Assembly: GCF_000181795.1 (NCBI RefSeq) | Contig: NW_003526944.1 | Location: 5,591,861-5,655,860 of the forward strand | Length of the DNA: 64,000 bases | Reading direction: 5' to 3' | DNA from: Trichinella spiralis | Taxonomy: Eukaryota | Part shown: in pieces, positions 25,701-40,700 of the stretch | Position numbering within the stretch: the stretch's first letter is position 1 | Layout of the letters: every line of letters starts with the position of its first letter | Notes under the pieces: model-generated | What the model saw: the letters and a program-made list of their open reading frames with translations, nothing else | Databases searched by the model: none | Told to the model about the DNA's origin: nothing | Position numbers and translations under genes: made by a program

Positions 25701-28700
25701 GCAAAAAGCGTCCAAACATATCACGGCAGGCAACCAAACGAGACCTTCTGCCTAGACCACAGATCGCAGAACACTGAAGAGAACGCATTAGCATATTTAA
25801 ATTAAATTTATAATAACAAGCAAGTGGTAATTCTTTTTATATGAACAAATGAGCAAAAAAAAAATTGCCGGGATTTACATCAGTCCAGCTTCCGGTTTCC
25901 CATTTAGTTGGACTTTGACCGTCTGAAACTTGGGTGAAAATTGTAGTTCGAAATATTTGATTCGATGTGAGCACATTTGCGGGGTGTTGCCGAGAGCTAC
26001 TCGCCTTTGAATCGTAACCTTTGTCCGGACAGGGAGCTTTTGTGCACTGAAATGAAATACAAATAAAAGAGATATTTATTATTTTTACCCCAACCCCAAC
26101 CAATATACCGTTCTTATGACTTTCGGTCTTTTCGATTCCACACAGGCTCCAGATTCTGCTGGCATACGATTTTCCTGATATATACATTGCACAGATCGTT
26201 GTTGATAGCCAGTACCACAAGTTACAGAACACTATTTGAATAAAGTATCATAAGATTGTAATAAAATACGATCTTTATGAATTTCATCATTAACAGCAGC
26301 TGTCTGTTTCAACTAATTTTACTTTTTGCTAGAATAACTTAAGAAATAAAAACTGACATACCTGTTCCCAAGGACTAACTTCCCATTCAGGGCATGGTAT
26401 TAATTCACAGGAACGATGACGATCCGGCTGTGCTATATCGCGACAATAGCCTGTGTCGACCACTTCATCTTTGTAAACACATTCCACAGCACGCTGCTGG
26501 ACTCCAACACCACAAGTTACAGAACACTGACATTAAGATAAATTTCATAAAAGTTTGCTCAAAGCCAGACAATCTGTCGCTCACCGGCCCCCATTGTTGA
26601 CGTCTCCAGAATGGACACTGACCAAGATTGCACGGCTGATGAGTAGGCGGATGAGATTGATGCGGATCAGCGCAATATTTCGAATCGAGCGGCTGATCAT
26701 TACCATCGACACAGTGAACTCGACGTGTGCGCCATCCATCCATACATGTGCGAGAGCACTGGAATAGAAAAGATTAAATGAACAATAAATAAGTGAATAC
26801 AGTGAATAAAACACAAAAAAATATTCCAAACTTACTGGTGACCATTCGCTGAGCTTCCATTTTGGACAAGCAGTCAAATGTTGACATGATTTGCTGATAA
26901 TTTTCTGCTCTTTCGGACATTTCAATTCATCCAGCGTGACGCCTTTACTATCAACGCACCAAGCAGCTCGAACAGCAATACCATCGCCACATGTTTTGGA
27001 ACACTTTAAACGATAAATGAATAAACAAACGGATAATTACCAAATATAAAATTTCACTGACTTCAGACCAAGGACCAAATTTCCAGTGCGTACAAGTGTG
27101 TTCATTACACTTTTGAATGACCAATTTTTCACTATGATCACATAAAATTGAATCTACCTCACGTCCGGTTGCATCCAAACAAACCGCATGTCGGGACTGT
27201 ATTCCTCCGTCACAAGATGCCGAACACTGTTTCAGCACGTGCATCATGTCAGTTGCAATGAATTGCAAAATGAAACTTGAAAAAATTACCTGCATCCAAT
27301 CACCGTATGACCAATTTGGGCATGGTTCCATGTTGCACGGCTGTTCTGTGATGTCGTTGATCACATTTTCACAATAGCGGTCATCGATCACATTGTTATT
27401 CGAATCTACACAAAATGCTTGTCGCCTCTGCGTTCCACCTCCACAACTGACCGAACACTTCAATAACAACAACAATTAGTATGCAATTTTGATAAAATAG
27501 CAAACCTTTTACTGGCTGCCAATCGCTGTGGGTCCAACGACGCCCGGCGCAATCTTTGTAACACGGTCTTCGGTCTGAAGGCTTTTCCAAATCACGGCAA
27601 AGTGAATTATCCACCGGATAAACCGTTTGATCGGACATCTTCCGGACGCACAACACTCGCATCACTTGTTCACCTTCCCCGCAGACTGCTGAACAATCAG
27701 ACAGCGGCTCTTGTTCCCAACTGTTGATGGAAAGCACAAACAGTTTAAAAGAAATTTCACAGACACTGCTTACCTTATTTGACAATGCAAATTGCAGACG
27801 CGCATTACACGATATGGCTTTTTCATACGTTCACAATAGCGGTCGTCGACAATTTGCTCTTCGTTGTGAACACTCGAACATACAATTTTAAGGTCCTGTT
27901 CTCCTAAATTTTGATCAATGATCAACTAATAAGAATTACAATTTATTACTCAAAAATGCTAAAAATTCAAAAGATGAAAACTAAAAAAATTAAAAGCTGT
28001 GCATCATTTACCATGGCATTCACTGGAACAATCAGTCCATTCGTCGGTCATTCTCCACAAAAAATTCGACACCGTCTGCACGTTGCCAACATTATTTGGT
28101 ATAGAATAGTTGTAACGAATGTCCGGACTGTGCAAATTTCCTACACTGAGAACCTGAAAGTATAAAATAAGCAAATTCAAAAAAAAATTATTCAATAATT
28201 TTAATATTTACATGCAAAAAAAGCTCTTCCATAATTGGCCGAGAAGTGTTGATTCGTTCAACAGGGCTATCTGAACCGCTGTATTCGATAACAGTGCCTT
28301 GCACTTGAATTTCTTTGAAATAAACGCTTACTTGAAATTGCCCATTAAGCAGATAATCACCTTTTGAATTTCTCAGTGCTTAAATGGAATAAAAATATTT
28401 TCAAAAAATTATACAAATCCAACGAATGGAAAACAATCTTGCCTAAATAATTATCATCTTCCATTTTCCCATTCCAAGCTACCTGTCTTATATCGATATT
28501 ACTAGCGCCAATGGGTATCTTCATCACAAAATTGTAACCTGAAATTAAAATAAAATAGTTGTTTTATTTTTCCATTTTCTTTAAAATGCAAATATTTTTC
28601 AAATTTGGATTTTTCATCATCTAAACTTACCATACTGTGGCACTTCATTGTAGACACCAGACACTTTGCGGCAAGTTGTACCATCTCCACCGCATACCCC

Positions 28701-31700
28701 ACAATCGTCACGCTTCAACTGTGAACCCAGTCGATTGTCGCAACCGGCTTTCTATAAAAAAGGAATAAAACGAAATTTTCTTAAAACGCATACTACTGTA
28801 TTTTTTTAATCATTCAATTTCCAATAATGAACAATTTTATGAATAAATTTAAATAGAAATCGTGCAATAAATTTGATTTTATCGAAACAATTTCAAGAAA
28901 TGAAAAAGCCAAAGAGCAGAACAGGTGGCCATGGTAATTTTACCCGGCAAATACCGTCAACGCATATGTCGTCGGTATATCGTCCACATGGCGTGCCGTC
29001 CACAACTTTGTCTTTGAGCAAATAAAATGCGGCACTGCTAGAAACTCGACAGTACAATTTGCATCGATCAGTGGCCACAACTGTTTTCAAACAAAATAAT
29101 AATCATTATAATAGTAAGTAGATTTAAATAAATTGCTTACTGCCGTTGTATTTTGGAACCCATTTGACATCTGAAGAAAGACCATATATGCCAACCGGCT
29201 TACCGTTAAATTCTGAACATTGAACTTCACGAAAATCTGGAGAATCAATAGGACATTCCTGTAAATACAGAATAATATTATTTCACCTATGAAAGTTAAT
29301 ATTGTTATAACGAGCCAAAAGAATATTCATTATTTTATTCAAATTGAAAAATAAATAAAAACCACAAAGTAGAAAATTTTTAATAAATTTTCCTTAAAAA
29401 AACATCAATGAAATAAAATGACAAAGTGCCAAATAAGTTAAAGGAAGAGAAAAAATAAAATTTATTCGAAAATTTCCTTTTAATTTGCTTTTTCTGATAA
29501 CTATTACCAACTATTTTGATAACGTATAAATTCCATTATAATGGTCATTACTATTATCAAATATTACATTAATGATTATGGGAAATGTTTATAAAATGTA
29601 CTCAATAAATAATGAATGAAAAAATAATTATCACATTCTAAGCTGAGAAAAAACAACAAGAACATAATTTAAGTGTGGAATAAAAAATAATAAAAAGTGT
29701 CCGTAGCATTTGGTAAAAAGTTAATTGATCACTATTGCCATTGTATAATGTATAACTTATGACAAATAAACAGTCAAACCTTCACATGATTTCAAATTCT
29801 CAACTTTTGAAAGTTTGCGTCATATATAGTTATTATATTGTAAATAATCTTAAATTTAAACTAAACACGCAATCCTAACATATGAATAATAAATACTAAT
29901 AAATGAGTATTTTCGCTTATCTTTTCTTTTTTCCCATTCTTCAACAAGGAATCTTCATTTTTATAATAAAAAAATCACAATATTCTTTTATTAAAAAATA
30001 ATTAGAAATTTTTAAAGTTTTCTTCTTTTGTCAGGATGAATTGCTGCATAATGTTACGGTGCAAATATGAGTACTGTACTTATGATTTTTCATACTCAAA
30101 ATTTCACTTGTGATAAGATACTTTGATACTTAATTTGAATTTGAAACAAAATTGACTTTATTGTAAAGCCTCTTACTTGTGTGTTGCACGAGCGAAATCG
30201 AACTCGTTCACCTACGCAATACTTGCCACCGTTGGCAGGCCTGAGCAAAAATAAATAAATAAATTATGACAAAATTAAAGAATTCCATGAATATGGTTTT
30301 CTAAATTTGTAATGTGATAATATTTACCTCGGACTATCACATTCTCGACGAGCCCTTTTTATACCACCGCCACAAGTTCTGGAACACTCACTCCAAGCTT
30401 TCCACTCCCCCCAGGCTCCGTCGACCGCAGTCATGTGTTCTGGTGCAATACCAACACAGTCGCCTCGATAACACCACTTGAATAATGAAAATAAATCATA
30501 AAATAATACAATAAAACAATGCATTAAAATACCCTTTCATGACCACAAGGCGTTCCATCAGCCCAAGGCATGTGTTGCGTACGGCAGCCAACACTGTGAC
30601 CGAAACCATAGACAGTAGTGCACCACAATCTCTTACACGTAGGCATATACGGACACAAGTTGGACGTGGGCCCAAAAACAAAACGACATTGCTGATCAGC
30701 GTCGAACGTGAGACCAGGAGCCGGGTTAGTGGTCAAACGTTCTGTATATTTCTGCTGAACTGGCTTGTCCAACATGCAATGTACTTGACCACTTCTAGCA
30801 AAGAAATGCAAACAAATGTTATTATTATTATTATTATTATTAGGATCATCATTGTTGTGTTTACTCAAGAAATTTGTTCAGAAGAGCCGTCGAACATGGT
30901 GACCAAGACCATGGATGAGTGTTGAATTCCAACGTCGGCGCCATAATGTGATAATTCTCTTTGTTCAATGTCATGAACTGTGCGCATTTTTTCTCATCAT
31001 CATGTGGAACGTTGAATCTGATAACAGTATCAATTTTCCGCATTTATTATTAATTTTCTTAAATGCGCTTACATGTGACCAAGCTCATGAGCAATGGTGA
31101 ATGCGGCACTCAAGCCATTGTCTTCAATTATTGCACAACTTCTGTAAGGATCACACATTGTACCCAACTCTGCCAATCCTATAAACATGCGAATGAACCA
31201 TAACAAAACTTCCCATATTCGACCAATTTACCCAGTGTATCGCATTTTCCTGGCATACGGCAAATGTCATGTCTAAGTAAAAAGTAAAAAATTTTTCGTT
31301 AAGAAATGATTAACAAAAAATCAATATTATCAATTCAAAAAATCTCTAATATCATAAAATATGAATTGTAAGATTTGAGAAGAAAAATATCCATAGATAG
31401 ATATACATTTATACAATCAAACAAAGTTGCCACTGTTATCATACTTTAATTTGTAAGATTTTCAAGAAATTTCATTTTAGAAAACGATTTTAATTGTCAT
31501 TTTAATTTTGATTATCAATTATTCATTACTTGTTATTATGTAGTTTAATTGTAAATTTTAAAACAGAAAATCAATTATAAACGTTCACATATGACAATAA
31601 GAATAATGTACAATCTGCGTTGTAAAAGAGAATTCAGGCTAAATGAAATGACAGCTTTTCTGACAGGCAATTCAACAACTGTTAAACAGATGACATCAAT

Positions 31701-34700
31701 GTTTAATCATTAGTACAAGTGAAAGTAATAATATATATAATACATATATATATATATTAGAAATAGTAATTACAATTAAATTTACCTAGTCAACAAAACT
31801 GCCACGTCGTGATGATTTAAACTGTCATCATCTGGATCATTCATAGTTTGTTGCCAACGGCAGAATTCACGTAACGTCTCTTGGGCGTTATCGCTGACTC
31901 GGGGTCCAGCCTACAAAGTAAAGGAAAAAAATTATATTTTTATTCAACTATGTACTTAGTTGGCATTTTTCAAACAGTTCAACAATGTTTCGTCCGTTTG
32001 CTACGCAATTTTACATTATACACAGTATTACATTCTCAAAGTCGACTATAAGCAATCGAACCAAATTGATACTGAGCGACGCTTCCAAACTAGGATGCCG
32101 ATACACTGTGGCGACCTGAGGAACATTATAATTATTAAAATTAAAAAAAACATTTTTTAAAAATAATTCTTGCTGATTACCAAGGATATTAATGTTAATA
32201 TGTAATTTTCCAAGTTGTGTCTGTGGTAGAGGCGCATCCGGGCGTCGGCCACAACGAGCAGTTCAACAAAATATTCACGGGAATAGGAACGTTTGTAACG
32301 GGCAGAAGAATTTTTCTTTTCACATGTTGAAAATGGGCAGTTGAGATGTCGAGACAGTTTTTCCGAGCAGTTTTCAGCTTGGCTAGTTGCATTTTTTTTG
32401 GCAGTGTTAGTGACATCGTGCGTGCTATTATTATTAATTTTATCAGTAGAATTGTATTTTCGCTGCTTGCTATCAGACCAATCTATGAGAAAAATAAAAG
32501 AATCATATGCAATTGCATGAATTAAAAAATAATAGTGTTCAAAAGTTTAAGAAAAACATTTGTTCATGCCACTAATGAAAATCAGAAATAAATAAATAAA
32601 TAAACATAAATAAATCAAATTTATCAAAATAATGATAAACTAAAAGTGAAATTTGTCACTGGCAGCGCTTGAAGGTGTTTTAAATGAATGCGCAGTTGCT
32701 TTTTCTATTTTACTTTTTCCAACTGCGCAAGAGGTGCAAGGAACCGTGTGAATTTCTCTTCAAAAAAAACACCCCTGCCTCAACTGCTGCAGCACTGCAC
32801 AAGATCATAAATTTTAAAATACTGGAATTACTACGTTCTTTCTCAAGCAGAAATGGTAAAAAATAAATAAACAAATAAACATCTTTCAAATCGTGGTAAA
32901 ATTCATAGAATAATAAAATTTTCTGAAATCAATTTTATTTGAACTTTCCACTTATATCATGAAATGCTTAATATAACATTATATATATGACAAATAAGAC
33001 TGAAAGACAACGTCCACTGAAAAACATTTTTCAAAATGTTTCATTATTAATTTTTTTTATTCCAATTTTATCCTCTTTATAATATATCTACATTCCATTT
33101 GTTTCAATATATTGCATTAGTTTCCTTTTCTGTTTTTCTGCAAAAGAACAAAAAAATTTCAACAACGATTGTGGTAGAGATGTTTGTGATGATGTATAGT
33201 TGTTTGCTGTGTGAAAGATGATCGGTGTAAAATTTTTCCAGCAAGCATTAAGAGCAAAGAAATAGTCAAGTCAAAATAAAAATGGCAAATTCTCATTTTC
33301 AGGCCATTTCTCAAGCTCAGTGGTTGGCATTGAGGTTGTTAAGGGGATAAAAATAAATTTTCACAAAATACAATTAATTTTCCACTACTGCCACGCAATC
33401 GATCAAATGACACACATCCTTTATGGAATGGGCTGATTTTAATTTTCGATAATTGTCACTGGAATGCAATGTTGTCACGCTATGTCGACTTTTATTACCG
33501 TTTAAGCTTTTGCTTTACATATCATACGCGCACACACAAACACACACGCACAAATAGAGTTTAATAATATATGTATATATATGCGTAATATTGTTCAATC
33601 AATTAACATTTTTACGAATTGGAAGTAATTAAAGATGCATTTGACTAAAATAAACAATAAGAAAATGAGGAAGGGCATGTTGCAAAAGTAGCAAGTGAAA
33701 ATGAAAATTCAAATAAATAGTCATTAATAATGATGAGCAAAAATTTCTTTTTTTCATTCCAAACTGATCATCATCATCATCATCATTAATATTGTTATTA
33801 GTAACAGTAGTAGTAGTAGTATTAGTAGTAGTAATAAAAAAAATTTTCATCAAAAATTGCTTTAATCCGCTTTTACTGCTAATGGCCACCCTTTTCTGTC
33901 ATCAACAATACCAATTACTGGACCGTAAACGAGCCGGTATTCGACAATTGACATCTCAAGGTCGGCAATAAAGGAATACAATTGTTCCTTGTTTGTCAGT
34001 GTTGTGAATTTTGGATAGAGCAACGAGAAATTTTTTAATAAAAAAATATTTATAATATATACATATATATATTTGTTTGTGTGTGCGTATGGGCGTATAA
34101 ATATTAATTATTAAATGCAATGAATATCAATACAACAAAGGCTCAATTTTGCGGTATGTAATATTTGACCCACAACTGAACGAACAGAATCTCATATAAA
34201 ATGTGATCATCTTTCAAACAATTCAAAGCAGATTCATTTACAAATGTAAATGAGCGTTTAGCAGAAAGAATGTCGATATCTGTTTCACGTTTCAACCGAC
34301 ATTTAACATATTGTTTGCTATTCGTCATCATAAATCTGTTAGGAACATTTTCCACATTGAAGGCAATTTTGATATAACCAAAAAAAGAAACAAAAAAGTG
34401 TCAAATCCTTCTTTTTTTCAGTTTTGGAAAAATGCAACAGATACCACTTCCATTATGCAGCAAAAATAAAAATATTAATAATAAATTACACTCTAAAAAT
34501 ATATTTTTGCATCTTGCACTTTTTATTGGTGTTCGTGTGCGTGCTCTTCATCACCCTCAAAGTAGTCAACATTTTTTTATTATGAACAGATCGAATGATT
34601 GCGCAATTTAAGTTGCGGTTTGGAAAAAATTGCTTTTCTGCTAAAAATGCATTCGTAAAAAATCAAACTATGAAAATGAGAAAAAAAAGTATCCACAGTC

Positions 34701-37700
34701 AAAGTGATGCTGCTAAATTTTGATGGAAAAATGTGCCGATGGCCGCTAGGTTGGTTTTACGTCTGCTCAATGAAAAGTGCCACACTATGAATAATTAAAA
34801 TTGGGCAACCACCCTGAGCTAAACTTCTATAAATCTTAGAAGGTTCCAACTGTACTTTAGTGGAAATAAACTACAAAAGTTTACAATATACAATTTAATA
34901 TACGTTTTATTAGAATATTTATATTTAAATGAATCTATTCCTCATTCAAATTTTCTAATATTTTTCAGTATACTCTTGTAAAAAGAATGCACATGTTGTT
35001 GTTTTTAAATCACTCTCATAATCTAGATCAACTGTTATTATTGTTATTTTCCATTTCTTAATTTAAAGTAATTCCATCTAAAAAGCAGTGCACATGATAC
35101 TTGAAACACAGCTAATTATCTGTCATATGGATGTATTTGTGCAATGCTTATAACAATTGTTCAAATAAAATAAATATAAATATAAGTACATGCATGTATA
35201 TGCAGTTACAGTTTATTTATGTATATTTACTTAAAGCAGTTGCAGTTTTTGAATCGTAAAAAGTAAATGCAACTAACACAAACTGAGAAAAAGCGTATCT
35301 TGTTTTTTTATGAAGAGTTACTCGACAGCTAGCTAGTTGAAAAATTTGCACTTTTATGGCTTTCGACTGAACAAATAATTACAACTGGAGAAAATCATTA
35401 TTTGAAAAAGCACTTCAGGCAACATCAGAAGAAACATGCCCATTTTCCGTCCTGTGAGACAAGGAAAATTACGCTCTGCTAGCTATGCAAATCAATACGT
35501 TCGTTCAAGAATAGCATCACGTTGGATAAAATAAAATTTCCCCTAAAATTTAAACAGATCTACATTTTCAGAATAAAATGAAAAGGAGAATTTATTATTA
35601 TCATATATTTTATTATTATTCCGCTCATATTTTGTCATGTAAATGGAAAGCAAAACTTGAAATAAAAAAGAAGTAGACACAAATCTCTGTAAGGCCTGCG
35701 AATATTGGATCTAACCTCTGCAGCAATAGTAATAGAATGATAACGATAATAATAACAGTAATAATAGAACAGTTGTACAAGTAGCTGGCCTTGACAAGCC
35801 GACCGAGTCCTAGCAGACTATTGGAAAAGAAATTAATGGTCAACAAAGCTAGTGAACCATACGAAGGCCATTAATGATTGTTCTTTCCTAAATCGTCTCC
35901 GCATTCTGCATGCGCTTTCCATTAGAGGAGATCTTCAGCTACTGTAAAAACTCATCATCTGAACAACTAACAACTGCTAGAATAGTGATAAACAATTGGC
36001 AACCACTGGTCACTTCAATGACCCAAGTTGTCTTCATTTTTTACGATGCAGTCTCGTAAAACAATAAGCACACCTGCCAGTACTCCACTGCAACATTGTT
36101 CACATTATTCAATAACGTTCACAAGTGGCAAGAAGAAGTAAATTTTCGCATATGCGTACATCAATTATCTTTGAATGCCATAACATGTATATAATTCGCT
36201 CGAGATTGGACAAATTGCACACCTAAATCAACTAACTGCATGCGCCAGGCGTATTGATTTCCAATACAAGCTTGAAGCTTTTTTGTTTTCAGTTTGACTG
36301 ACATCCCATCTATAGAACACAAACACACATCATATCTGCATCAAATTGAAGGGAAATGAAGAAATATTAATTTTTAGGCTAAATATTTGTTTTCATTTCA
36401 AATTATAAATAATTTCATGGAATCAGAAGACGGCAAGTGATAAGAATGGAAAGCAGCGAAAAAATTGCTTATCAGTAGTTGCATGCGTATGAAATTTCCT
36501 TTTGACAAAATTTTCTTTCTTCTTTGTCAAAGAATTTCATTCATTGTAAAATGTTGACGAGGCTGTGTCATTTACCAGGATGTCAAGTTGCATCTTCCAG
36601 TGATGAGCACGTTATTTGCTAATTTGCTTATCATTTAGCCGATTGTGTATCAGTGCATTCCGCCTTCACAAACATCATCTACACCTCCGGTTATAAAGTT
36701 TGGCTGTTTTTCTTTAAAAAAAAAAGAACATAAACTTCGTTGCTTCCTGCATTGAAGTTGGTGATTTTGAATTTTCGGCTTTTGAAATTTTCCTCAATGC
36801 GAAAAACAAGCACAGAGTTGGATGAAAATGCTTTTTCAATTTTCAAACAAGAACAATTAATTTATTTCACAAACCAATAATGATTCCAATAATTGTTAGG
36901 GCTCTCTGTGTATTTGTTTAAATCGTATTCAAGAAAGCAAAAAAAAAGCTTCTCCATATACAGCAACGCGGGTAATGAGAAGAAGAATTTGTCAGAATGA
37001 GAAAATTCCGTTTGAACAAATAATAATAAGTCAAATAATCTGTGAAAAGCAACAGTGCGGTGGAGTAATTGTTGACCTGACTTGATGATGAACTCTGAGA
37101 AATGAAAGCAAAAAGCTAGAAGCTACAAAGACCGGGCTGTGTTTGCTAAACAAATTCTGTGAATCGAAAGAGAAAAGAAGTGATGAACGTTGAACACAGT
37201 ATAATGCAAAATAGAACAGAATCGAATAAAACAAATAAACAGTAGAATGAAGATGATGGTGGGAATGGGTTCTTTTTACAGAACAGAAAATAAAAAATAT
37301 CACCAGTACACCAGTGATTTCAGATTCGGAGTAAATAAAATGAGAGGTAGATTTGAGAGATGTTGCTTTTGCAGCAGATGAATAGCATAAACGCCCACCA
37401 ATCATCCGCTTACAACCGAAACAGGCTTACAAGAAGCATGGCCAAGATTTTGAACAAAAACTCCGGTCCAAGAAGACGTGCCTGACAAGCAACGGTCCGT
37501 AACGTACACAATCTTTTAACAATTGCTAAGCAATGTCCAAATTCAAAAGCCGGCCACTGAAAGCCGTTACGCGCATTGAGTGAAAAACAAATTGACAACG
37601 AAATTGTAAATTGAAAAGAAGTTTTCAAAGAACACTTTTCCCGTTTTCATTATTTTCAATTAAATCTATTCCATTTAATGATACCACTTTTCAAATCCAA

Positions 37701-40700
37701 TCTGCCCGGTTATTATTAATTAGTGTATAATAATAAATTTATATTCATAGCAAATTGTCATTTATTTGAGTGTAAAATGTATAATACATTTTGTGTATAA
37801 AATTTTTCTTGTTTGCATGAGAAATTAGAAATAATGTCAAAAAGATAAACAGTGCTTATCAGACCACTCAAACTTTATAAAGAAAGAGAGAGAGAGAGAG
37901 ATCATATACGTATTTACTGATAGAAGAGAAAAAAGACATTAATTACACATTACGTAACTTTTGTTTTAAAATACAAAGTTTAGAAATGTCTAAATAAAAT
38001 TTGAAAAAAAAAAATTTTTTTTTAAATCTTTAAATGTTCACTTAATAGAAGTAGTGTATAAAATAACACACAAGGCAGTTGTAGACGCAAACACGGTGAT
38101 GAACAGAGTCGGCTATCATCAAAATGAAATTTCCTTATGCAAAAAACGAACGCTGTATGTATACAATTTCCCACAACATGTTTTCATGCTTCATCTGACT
38201 GTATCTCAATTATCCGCGGTTTGGTGAACAACAATAATAACAACAGAAAGCCAAGCAAACAACATTTCAACCAAGGTCAACCTCAAACTGATCGTGCAGA
38301 GAAATTTTTTTGAATAGGCAAAAGTGAAGATCAGAAAATAAAACACTCTGACAAAAAATGTTTGAAATTATTATTATTATTATTTCCGCCACAATTTCTT
38401 TATTCAAAATATAATTATGTTTGGAATATTAATGTAATGATTATTATAGCATATAGCGATAAAACTGAACATATCGCCTACATCAAAAGAAACAAAATAA
38501 TGAGAAAACAACAACTAGGCAGAGATGCAGATGAAATGGAAGAAAAGAGAAGGGCTGCAAAGAAAGAGAAAATGAATATGAAGGCGTTTATTTTCAGGCG
38601 ACAATCAATTTGCTCCTCGTAGAGTAGATAGAACACGCGCTGAGTGACGGCGCCAGGCGGCAAGCCGCGGAGGGTGGTGGGTTTGTGATAAATCTGGAAA
38701 CAGCCCCTTCAATGGAAAAGATATAAATCTGTCTGCGGTTCAAGAAGCCGTACGTACACAACACGCCTGCCCAACATCCCAACATCTAATGCTTCTTTTC
38801 GGGATGCGCATGTTGCTTGCGCTGCTCTTCAAAAACAGCTTTTTCACAAAACGCAATAATTTCGCTATAAATTAACGAAAATGGCTTCAAGCTAGCCGAA
38901 TGGAATAGAATGCGCTGCAGAAAAATAAAACGACACGTGGATCCCGTATGGCCAGCTATATAATACTTGCTTGTGAAAAAAATATAACAAACCAAAACAA
39001 AATTCCACAGCAACAATAACAACAAATGGATTTGTTTTATATTTTAGCTATTAAATGCGTATAAGCTGTTGGTGAAAATTTGTAAAACATCCAAATAAGT
39101 AGCAAAGAAAAAAGCTACCCTTACTTTCTTCTGGATATTGATCATTGAAATTGGCCGGCGCGCTTTTGTAAAGCAAGTGTGGTCGACTGTGCAGTAGTAA
39201 TGATGCTGTCGGTGTTATTGTTGCTGTCGACGACGATCCATTTTCATTGTTGGCAGTGTTCAAAGGTTCAATAAAATAGGTCCCGTCGTTTAGTTCCACA
39301 GTGCCATACTGAAAAAAGAAATTTTCCAAAGTAAAAATTATTCATTAAAACAATTCTAAATTGTCATTAACAAAGGAAAATTACTTTCCTGCCTCAGGCT
39401 ATGTTGGCAAATGCATACTTTCAACTTCACTTTGAACAACGCTGACGTACAACCTTATCATTATATCAAAATGGTAAAGGCAAAACCAAATCGTTTAAAC
39501 TTTACATTGATGATTTATAGATTGTAAAAAGTGAATGTTAAAAAATTAAATTATCAATAAAATGCTTTGAAGGGCGGAGATAGGAAACATTATAGAAAAT
39601 ATAAAAAAAATTAGTACTTCTGTCACACCATGTCTCATTGCACACGAAACGGAGACTACGTGCTATTTGCTTTCAGTCAAGTGAATAAATTACCATATTA
39701 TATTAAAACGACATCTGAAGCGAAAGCATTCGTATTGTTTTCAGCAAATAGAAGAATTAAATGAAATTAAGTTGCTTTTTCAATCACATCCGGATTTTAC
39801 ACATTTACACACACATATTATATGCATATAATTCAATCTATATTATCTATGTATAGTATCATTCTCAATTGTGAATAATATGCCTTTTTCATTTGTTGCC
39901 AACAATAAGTGATAACCTTTTCTGCTTTTTAAGCGATATTATTGAATGAAAAATTATATTGCATTAATAAAACGCAAAGATTTCAAAATCAATGAATAAA
40001 GAAAATGCATTCATACATACTCTTTCCTACCCTTTCTTGTCTAAAAAATTATTATTTTAAATTTGATCATTTTGATCAGAGGTAGCAGCAGTTGAAAATT
40101 ATTGAAAAAGTGAACAAATTCGAATAAGGACCTTCGACTTTACCTGCAGCTGAACATGAATTGCGGCTGCTCGATCTCGATCATCTATATGTTGATCAGT
40201 GTTGTGATTTTTCACTGAAATGTGTGCCAAGCACTTGTCAGTTTCATTAGCCCGGCCAACAACAGGCGGTTAAAAATGCCGCCGCCCTGTCGACCTCGAG
40301 TGAATGGCTTATCTTATTAGCTTTGACATTTTCTACTTATGTATATATATAATTTTCAAATAGTTTTTCTTATTTAATCATCTTGTTCTCGTGCTCCTCT
40401 TTTTTTAATGCCAAAGAGTTTTCGTCATTTTTACATAATAAGGACAAAATTGATATTAAATGTAATGCCAGTAGCAATGTAGTTACAACAGATCACCATT
40501 AAGTTTGATGCTGAGAAGACCGAGGTAAGAACTGGGAAAAAAAGAGAGAAAAGAAAATTAACAAAATGAACTCTTTGTAAAAATACCATAATGGCATTCA
40601 AAAAAGTGATGATTAGTTGTTGTTGTTTTCAAATAGTGCAGTAAATTATATAAACTTGCGTCTTACCATGCCCTGGCAGAGGTTAAGCAAACGGACAGCA

